A DNA stretch of 31,677 nt from a virus (taxonomy: Duplodnaviria; Caudoviricetes). The stretch is from positions 1 through 31,677 of IMG/VR virus record IMGVR_UViG_3300036904_000006, one strand, 5' to 3'. The position numbers and the translations under genes were made by a program. This document shows positions 26,091-31,677 of this stretch, in pieces; the stretch's first letter is position 1; every line of letters begins with the position of its first letter. Below the pieces are notes generated by a model. The model worked only from the letters and a program-made list of their open reading frames with translations, was not told the DNA's origin and ran no database searches.

Positions 26091-26135
26091 GACATATCAC
26101 GCACACCAACACGCGGCAATGCCGAGACACTGACA
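26091..26135 (-). promoter_or_regulatory. Putative portal promoter with degenerate palindrome
   Basis: TTGCCG(26119-14)-N17-TATGTC(26096-91); GGCAATG-ccgaga-CACTGAC 26115-26134; 13-mer CGAGACACTGACA identical to 2074-2086. Confidence 0.5.
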
Positions 26136-26588
26136 CGCTCCTGACGTGGCTAGGTATGCAGTCACGCGGCTCAGATGAGGCATCAGGCGTTCATAGCCTC
26201 CGAGGGAGATATTGCAGTCGTGGCACAACACTCCACGCACTCTCCCGGTAGTATGGTCGTGATCCGTCATCCATCCAGGGCCACGGGTGGTTGCGGACGC
26301 ACATATCGCGCATTTACGCCCTTGCAGCTCGAACATATCCTCCCACTGCTCCGAAGTAATCCCATAGTTGTATTTCAAGTTACGCTTGCGGAGCACCTCA
26401 GAAGTATTATTAGCTTTTCGCCACGCGCGATAGTAAGCAGCATATCGTTCTGGGTTGGCCTCACGAAATCTTACACGCTCCACACGATTACACGGCTTAC
26501 ACCACCTTTGAAGCCCGTCGCGCTCACCTTTGGAACGAGAGAACTCAGCCTTAGGTCGCGAGACCCCGCACCTCTTGCATATCTTCAT
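26097..26588 (-). CDS. Endonuclease VII-family (HNH) free-standing homing endonuclease
   Basis: N-terminal CxxC..CxxC; YGITSEQWEDMFELQGRKCAIC..DHDHTTGRVRGVLCHDCN; visibly lower GC. Confidence 0.9.
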   Translation of the reverse strand: MKICKRCGVSRPKAEFSRSKGERDGLQRWCKPCNRVERVRFREANPERYAAYYRAWRKANNTSEVLRKRNLKYNYGITSEQWEDMFELQGRKCAICASATTRGPGWMTDHDHTTGRVRGVLCHDCNISLGGYERLMPHLSRVTAYLATSGACQCLGIAACWCA

Positions 26589-26600
26589 AGCATCCAGCCT

Positions 26601-28166
26601 CTATCGCACGTGGTACGAGTTTGCGCCACGAAAGTCTTGCCTGGGCAGCGGTGTAGCAGCGTACCGCGCCTGGGCCTCTACTCCCTTGTGGAAGTACCGG
26701 CAGCCGTAGCCGAAACCATCACCTGTGTGCGAGAACCAATTCTTCTCCGGCTCAGTTCCCTTAATATCATCTTTCTTCACGTCCATAGAATAGCGCCAGC
26801 CGCCTTTGAGCGCCCGGATGACAGTGGGGCAGTGCACCGGGTCGATCTGCATCGCCGGTTGGCCGTTTACGTTGGTATTGAGGAAATGGTCGATCGCGTT
26901 AATGCGCAAAGGCAGCCGATTATTGGTCTCGATCGCGATCGGATAGAACTGACGGATGATCCGGGCGCTCGTTTGCTCGTCCGAGTTGGCTCTGATGGCC
27001 GCCGCGGGGTCTGGAGCAATTAAAATCTTGGCTCTAGGGAAGCGAACATTAACATAAGGCTGCACACGCTCAGTAATGATACGTCGCGCACCCATTCCGC
27101 GCTGTACAAGCTCGCCAAGGACGTTTACGCGCCCTGTCCACTCCCGCTGGAAGAAGATACAGGACGATCCACCGAGCCCTGGGTCCATTCCGATGACGAG
27201 CTGGAGCCTTGGATCGTACTTGAGACACTCTTTTGCGATGTGTATGTCGGGGTTAAAGGATGAAATAACGGGCTGCCCGGCGGCTGAGAAGCCCCATTCA
27301 GCCTCAATATACTGCTTAACCCAAGCACGGGACTTGCCCTTCGCCAGATTGGAGTAATAGCCTCGTTTTCCGGGCAGGTTCTCGATGTTCTCCGCGTCAA
27401 CAGCGAGGCCAGACGGCTGATGATAGTACCAAGCGTTATTGATGTGGCTGATGTTCCCGTCGACATCGACCACTGTGGCGTCGTCGGGCGGCAGGCCCTT
27501 GAGCGCCTGGGCTGCCTTCTGCGCCTCGGGGTCCTTCGGGAACTCGATCGGGATGCACCCGATCGCCCCACTCTCCTCATCGGGCGTCGCGTGGAGGTAG
27601 TCGTACCACCAGACATCCTCTGTGCCGGGGTTGGACGCCCCCCACATGCCCCAGTTGGTGCAGCCGACGTCTCCGTCCGGCTTAAACCGCCCGAGCCGGC
27701 CCTGAAGGCTCTCGATGATGGCGCGCGGTATCTCGCGGAACTCGTCGATCAGGGCAAACGTAACTTCGAGACCGAGTACGCGCGCCACATCGGCGGGAGT
27801 GTCGAGGGCTCGGAACAGGACCTCGCACTGAACATCCCCCCAACGTAATGTGAAGGTGTTCTTGGCGGCCTCCCACTCTCCGGCAACACCGTCTTTGAAC
27901 CAGTAATTCCAAGACACCAGGGTGTTGTCTCGGAGCTGCGGGAACGTATTTCGGACGACAACAGCGCGAGAGTAACGTATGCCATCGGGGCTTTTCTCCT
28001 GAAGCTGGGCCATATAGACCAGCTTGAAAAACATAGCTGTAGTCTTAGCCGAACCGAACGGCCCGACGATCCAGTTATAGAAAATCTCGCCTGGCAAATA
28101 CTTCTTGATGAAGGCTTTGGCGATCGGGGGCGGGCGGTAGTTGATGACCTGGGCGAGATCGGCCAT
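26601..28166 (-). CDS. terL: Terminase large subunit
   Basis: Walker A GPFGSAKT, VVRNTFPQL, Walker B ALIDE, ASNP, ENIENLP, RNase-H GMDPG, DPA, SHTGDGFGY. Confidence 0.95.
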   Translation of the reverse strand: MADLAQVINYRPPPIAKAFIKKYLPGEIFYNWIVGPFGSAKTTAMFFKLVYMAQLQEKSPDGIRYSRAVVVRNTFPQLRDNTLVSWNYWFKDGVAGEWEAAKNTFTLRWGDVQCEVLFRALDTPADVARVLGLEVTFALIDEFREIPRAIIESLQGRLGRFKPDGDVGCTNWGMWGASNPGTEDVWWYDYLHATPDEESGAIGCIPIEFPKDPEAQKAAQALKGLPPDDATVVDVDGNISHINNAWYYHQPSGLAVDAENIENLPGKRGYYSNLAKGKSRAWVKQYIEAEWGFSAAGQPVISSFNPDIHIAKECLKYDPRLQLVIGMDPGLGGSSCIFFQREWTGRVNVLGELVQRGMGARRIITERVQPYVNVRFPRAKILIAPDPAAAIRANSDEQTSARIIRQFYPIAIETNNRLPLRINAIDHFLNTNVNGQPAMQIDPVHCPTVIRALKGGWRYSMDVKKDDIKGTEPEKNWFSHTGDGFGYGCRYFHKGVEAQARYAATPLPRQDFRGANSYHVR

Positions 28167-28168
28167 GG

Positions 28169-28378
28169 CTAGGCCATCCGCGTCGGGAGGTCGTCCGCCT
28201 TCTCACTGACGATCGGCCAGCGGCATATGCGACCGTCCCACAGCCAGACCGGCAGCTCGGCCGAGAAGTCCATCTGCGGGAAGCCGGCGGCACCGACCGG
28301 GCATGTCCTCACGCGGAGGAACTGGGCGATGTCGGCCGACATGCGGAGCGGATCAGTTGGTCGGACGAGGCGGGTCAT
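28169..28378 (-). CDS. Hypothetical protein (69 aa)
   Basis: MTRLVRPTDPLRMSADIAQFL...; packed 1 nt after upstream stop and 2 nt before terL; may extend in frame to ATG 28588. Confidence 0.45.
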   Translation of the reverse strand: MTRLVRPTDPLRMSADIAQFLRVRTCPVGAAGFPQMDFSAELPVWLWDGRICRWPIVSEKADDLPTRMA

Positions 28379-28588
28379 GTCAGTGGGAGAGCCGATAGAC
28401 GCTGACGAAGGCGGCGACGATCGAGCAGCCGGCGAGGATGCCGAGCAGGGTCCAGCCGACTTCGGAGCGGAGCTTCTCGAACACAGCGCGGCCCACCTCG
28501 CGAGAAGGAAAACTGGGGCATATGCGACCATCACAAGCCCAGCACTGAGCAGGAAGAACGCCGGCACGAACCAGAAGGCAGACCACAT

Positions 28589-28723
28589 TCACGTCAGCCT
28601 CCGCGGTGGGTAGTCGCCCCGGATGATGTTCGCCCACACCTCAAACGGCGCGAGCGGCGCGCTGAGTAGGATCGCGAGGGCGAAGATCGGCGCGAGGCGC
28701 GGCCAGATGAAGAAGAAGGCCAT
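28589..28723 (-). CDS. Small membrane peptide (44 aa)
   Basis: Below cutoff; MAFFFIWPRLAPIFALAILLSAPLAPFEVWANIIRGDYPPRRLT; TGA-ATG junction with next ORF. Confidence 0.5.
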   Translation of the reverse strand: MAFFFIWPRLAPIFALAILLSAPLAPFEVWANIIRGDYPPRRLT

Positions 28724-28727
28724 GGGC

Positions 28728-28832
28728 TCAGTCCCACGTCTTGGGGAACGTCGGGGGGCCACCGATCGGCTTGCGGAAGAACCACAGCGGATCGTGCAGG
28801 AACAGGTCGAAGATGTTCGATCCCCAGCTCAT
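28728..28832 (-). CDS. Small hypothetical peptide (34 aa)
   Basis: ATGA overlap; MSWGSNIFDLFLHDPLWFFRKPIGGPPTFPKTWD. Confidence 0.4.
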   Translation of the reverse strand: MSWGSNIFDLFLHDPLWFFRKPIGGPPTFPKTWD

Positions 28833-29035
28833 GGGTCCACCGCCGGGTGCAGCGGCATCTCGGGCTCGCGCGGGATCGGGCGCTCCTCGATGTGCAGGAC
28901 GGAGCCGTCCCAAACAAAGAAGTCCGAAGTCGTGTGCGGCTTGACGATCTCCTCGGAGCGGAACGTGCCCATGTCGTACCGGATGACGCTGACCGGCCAG
29001 CCGGCGTGCGCGTCCACAGTGATCTTGGTTGTCAT
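28829..29035 (-). CDS. Hypothetical protein (68 aa)
   Basis: AAGGA RBS; MTTKITVDAHAGWPVSV...; normal codon usage. Confidence 0.65.
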   Translation of the reverse strand: MTTKITVDAHAGWPVSVIRYDMGTFRSEEIVKPHTTSDFFVWDGSVLHIEERPIPREPEMPLHPAVDP

Positions 29036-29038
29036 AGT

Positions 29039-29074
29039 TCAGTCCTTCTCGCCGAATGTTAATTCGCGGGTCAT
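29039..29074 (-). pseudogene. 11-codon mini-ORF, possible internally deleted Acb2/Tad1-like hairpin gene
   Basis: AGGAG RBS then MTRELTFGEKD-stop. Confidence 0.35.
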
Positions 29075-29091
29075 ATCAGTGTCTCCTAGCT

Positions 29092-29238
29092 TCAGATGTC
29101 CGATTGTGTCGCCTTCAGCTCGGCGATCTTCTCCGAGAGCGCCTCGATGACCTCGTCGATCGTGGCGAAGTTCTCATCGCTGCCAAAGAGGTGCTGGTGC
29201 ACGAGCGCGTCTAGCGCCTGCTCGAATGTGGTCTCCAT
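29092..29238 (-). CDS. Hypothetical protein (48 aa)
   Basis: TGATG coupling; METTFEQALDALVHQHLFGSDENFATIDEVIEALSEKIAELKATQSDI. Confidence 0.6.
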   Translation of the reverse strand: METTFEQALDALVHQHLFGSDENFATIDEVIEALSEKIAELKATQSDI

Positions 29239-29612
29239 CACAGCACCTTCTTGACGTCGGCCTCGACCTTGGCTGCGGCGTGCTCGACATCCGTGAGGAT
29301 GCCCTGCGCCTTGGCCTGGGCGACCGTGGTGGGGAGGGGGGTGGCTGCCTTGGCGACGGCGGCCTCGACCTTGGCGGTCGCGCCCTGAACGGCGGCGACG
29401 CCAGCCTTGGTCCGCAGGAAGCGGTACAGCTCGTAGCCCGCGATCACGAGGATGACGACAGCCACAGCAACCCAACCCGTGAGGGTGTGGTCGGCGGGCG
29501 GTGCCGGCTTCGCCGCGAGCGCCTGAAGATCGGAGACGGCCTTGTTGATTGCGCCGACCGCGGAGCCGAGATCGGCCGCGTTCAGGCACGCCGGTACGAC
29601 AGGGTGAGCCAT
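29238..29612 (-). CDS. Membrane protein (124 aa)
   Basis: AGGAGG RBS; TM WVAVAVVILVIAGY; Ala/Lys-rich amphipathic tail. Confidence 0.7.
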   Translation of the reverse strand: MAHPVVPACLNAADLGSAVGAINKAVSDLQALAAKPAPPADHTLTGWVAVAVVILVIAGYELYRFLRTKAGVAAVQGATAKVEAAVAKAATPLPTTVAQAKAQGILTDVEHAAAKVEADVKKVL

Positions 29613-29621
29613 GACGGCCTC

Positions 29622-29828
29622 CTACTTGGCAGCGTCAGCGAGCGCTGTGGTGGCGTTGGTGAGCGCGTTGGCGACGGCGGTGAGCCGGGCGACGTGCTGG
29701 GCGATCTGGGCCTCGGAGGCGACGTGCGCCGCGGCGAGCGCGGCGGTGCCTGTGGAGACCGTGCCTAACGCGTTGGCCGCCTGTTCGAGGCGGGTGGCGA
29801 TGGCGTCGAGTTCATTGATGGCGGCCAT
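29622..29828 (-). CDS. Ala-rich coiled-coil protein (68 aa)
   Basis: ATG 29828 with AGGAG RBS; MAAINELDAIATRLEQAANAL... Confidence 0.65.
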   Translation of the reverse strand: MAAINELDAIATRLEQAANALGTVSTGTAALAAAHVASEAQIAQHVARLTAVANALTNATTALADAAK

Positions 29829-29855
29829 GACGGGGCTCCTGTGTCTGGAGCCCCC

Positions 29856-29884
29856 TATATAGGTCAGTGGCGCTACACTGACAA
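29856..29884 (-). promoter_or_regulatory. Sigma70-like promoter with perfect palindrome between -35 and -10
   Basis: TTGTCA(29884-79)-N17-TATATA(29861-56); GTCAGTG-gcgcta-CACTGAC at 29863-29882. Confidence 0.75.
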
Positions 29885-30067
29885 GTGTCGCGTCTGTGCA
29901 GCGACCCGAATAGTGGCGCGTCGCCACTCTGTCTCCTGCCGGCGCGCCAGGTCTTCGCGATGGCGCTCGGCGGCCTTGCGGCGGTTCTGCTCGGCCCATG
30001 CCGACTGACGGAAGGCTTCCGCCTCTCCGTCCGCCCAGGTGTCCCACATCTGCTCGTAGCTTGTCAT
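29873..30067 (-). CDS. Hypothetical charged protein (64 aa)
   Basis: ATGA overlap, GAGG RBS; MTSYEQMWDTWADGEAEAFRQ... Confidence 0.5.
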   Translation of the reverse strand: MTSYEQMWDTWADGEAEAFRQSAWAEQNRRKAAERHREDLARRQETEWRRATIRVAAQTRHLSV

Positions 30068-30240
30068 GACCCTCGTACCTCTTTGACCTGCTCGGCGATG
30101 TCGTCGAGCACCTTGTTCCGCACCTGCTCGTAGGTCCGCAGGTGCTTGAGGTTTTGGTCGGCCTTCAGGCTCCAGCCGGCGAGATTGCCCAGCCAGAAGC
30201 AGGCCGCACCAAAGACGATCAATGCGATGATGTGCACCAC
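30064..30240 (-). CDS. Small membrane-anchored protein (58 aa)
   Basis: Below cutoff; GAGGT RBS, GTG start; (M)VHIIALIVFGAACFWLGNLAGWSLKADQNLKHLRTYEQVRNKVLDDIAEQVKEVRGS. Confidence 0.55.
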   Translation of the reverse strand: MVHIIALIVFGAACFWLGNLAGWSLKADQNLKHLRTYEQVRNKVLDDIAEQVKEVRGS

Positions 30241-30246
30241 GACACC

Positions 30247-31677
30247 TCAATGGCAGCTGCCACCCGTCCACTGGTTGCCTTGAGGCGCGGTGATCGGAGA
30301 GCCGGAGATCATCCCGATGTTGCCTGAGATGGTCGAACTCGCGACCGGCGTCGTATAGGTCTCCAAGTTTGTTACCGGGCTCGAAGAAGACCCATAAGGA
30401 GCCCACGAGGGCGTCGAGGCGAGGGCATAGGTTCCCGTTCCACCTGTGCCCGTCGTGCCTGCTGTCCCATAAGGTGCGATGGCGACGGCGTTGGCCGAGC
30501 CACCGACCGTGAACGCGCTGACCATCGCACCGGGCAGGAACTGTCCACCGGACAGCGATGTGATGGTCATGATGTTGCCGGCAACCCAACCCGTCGCGCT
30601 GTCGACGGACCCTAGATTACCCATGCAGTCCGCGACGCCAGTGTCGTCGATCCAGTTGCCTGTGACTTGCAGATTGGTGATTTGGTTCATGCCTGCGAAG
30701 AAGACAAGGCCATATGCGACCTGCTTCGCCCCTGCATTGGTGTTGGTGACAATCGTGTTGTTCGCTACAACGCAGTTGTCGGTGGTCGTCCCGTTGCCTG
30801 AGGTGCAGCTGAACGGTGTCGATATGGCGTTGCCGGTTGATGTGACGATGATGAGGTTGCCTTGATACGTCTCGCTGATGTGCGAGCCGGCAAGGCCAGG
30901 GCTCATCGTCGCGGTAGCTCCGTGCTGGCCTGCTGGCAAGTCAGGATTGACACTGAACCCGTCCACGACGTTGCCAGACACCATCAGGATGCCGTTGGAT
31001 AGATCGCCGTTGAGTGGTCTGCCGGGGATGTTGTGGAAGTAGCTATTTGTTACTGTGAGGTGAACCGGGGCGGCGTTCGTCCCTTGAATGCCGATCTGAA
31101 ACGGCTGCGAGCCCATGGCGGCGGTGCTGAAGTCGGCAGAGACCTGCGTGATGGTGACGTCGGCGTCGACCCCGCTCTGGACGTAGAACTGGGCGGTGCA
31201 TTCGACCGTTGGCCCACAGCCGGTCAGCTTATCGTTCTCGACGAGGATCGCACCGGTCGCGTTGCTGCTGGAAAGGAATATCTCAGAACCATCTATCGAG
31301 AGGTCCTGAAACGAGATCGGCGTCGCGCCCCAGTTCGAGCAGTAGAAGCCGGGGTGCGTCAGCGAGTAATAGGGGCTGGTATGGTAGGTGCAGGCGGCAG
31401 GCATGCAGCCGCTCGTCTGGACTTGCACACCACCCACTGCTGCGCAGGTCGGCGCGCTGTTTGCTTCGATGAAGGTGTGTGAGGTGTCGAAGCCGACCGG
31501 GGTGTCACGGCCAGGGAGCGCGCGAGACGGCACGGACTTATAGGTCTGCCCCGACGTCGCGCGATCGGTGAGGATCGTTGGATCGTAGAACGACAGCCCC
31601 GCGCCTTTGTGCATCGCAGGGCGCTCAATCGAGCCGGCGAAGGCAGGCGCGGCCAACGTGATGGCTGCGACCAGGAG
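30247..31677 (-). CDS. Secreted pectin-lyase-like right-handed beta-helix protein, 5' partial
   Basis: Frame open past right edge; LLVAAITLAAPAFA-GS signal peptide end; repeated V/I-x-N/G-N-x-I rungs (LTVTNSYF, VSGNVV, YQGNLI, VANNTI, VTGNWI); many Cys. Confidence 0.7.
   Translation of the reverse strand, partial: LLVAAITLAAPAFAGSIERPAMHKGAGLSFYDPTILTDRATSGQTYKSVPSRALPGRDTPVGFDTSHTFIEANSAPTCAAVGGVQVQTSGCMPAACTYHTSPYYSLTHPGFYCSNWGATPISFQDLSIDGSEIFLSSSNATGAILVENDKLTGCGPTVECTAQFYVQSGVDADVTITQVSADFSTAAMGSQPFQIGIQGTNAAPVHLTVTNSYFHNIPGRPLNGDLSNGILMVSGNVVDGFSVNPDLPAGQHGATATMSPGLAGSHISETYQGNLIIVTSTGNAISTPFSCTSGNGTTTDNCVVANNTIVTNTNAGAKQVAYGLVFFAGMNQITNLQVTGNWIDDTGVADCMGNLGSVDSATGWVAGNIMTITSLSGGQFLPGAMVSAFTVGGSANAVAIAPYGTAGTTGTGGTGTYALASTPSWAPYGSSSSPVTNLETYTTPVASSTISGNIGMISGSPITAPQGNQWTGGSCH

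Larger units (their letters stand above)
1..31677 (-). mobile_element. Bacteriophage/prophage structural, packaging and lysis region
   Basis: TerL, portal, scaffold, major capsid, endolysin and spanins in canonical order; no host housekeeping genes, integrase or att site in the window. Confidence 0.97.

Noticed and set aside
26601-28166. Intein or intron in terL
   Set aside because: Frame is continuous, length is normal, no C/S...HN-C/S/T splice motifs; the endonuclease is a separate downstream gene
1-31677. Stop-codon reassignment, tRNA or rRNA genes
   Set aside because: Core genes are intact under the standard code and end in TAA, TAG and TGA; intergenic gaps are short and show no cloverleaf signatures

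Overview
GC-rich tailed-phage (Caudoviricetes) late-gene region. It is probably podovirus-like, since no tape measure, tail tube or sheath is seen, and probably infects an alphaproteobacterium (inferred from lysin type and promoter style). Almost all genes are on the - strand. Reading right to left: a partial secreted beta-helix protein, a run of tiny ORFs, TerL, an endonuclease-VII-type homing endonuclease, portal, scaffold, N4-gp56-type major capsid, decoration/adaptor proteins, ejection proteins (one of 2035 aa with an HExxH domain), GH108 endolysin plus overlapping spanins, an accessory block (HTH-metallophosphoesterase, HD hydrolase, DUF5664, ImmA/IrrE-like peptidase), a tail protein and fibre-like genes. 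One 3.8 kb, six-gene fibre/adhesin cassette (2152-5915) is on the + strand, back-to-back with an apparently paralogous - strand operon. The main unexplained signal is a recurring palindrome CAGTG-N6-CACTG (four exact copies plus degenerate ones) at putative late promoters, including one hidden inside the scaffold gene. All protein family calls come from motif recognition, not database searches.
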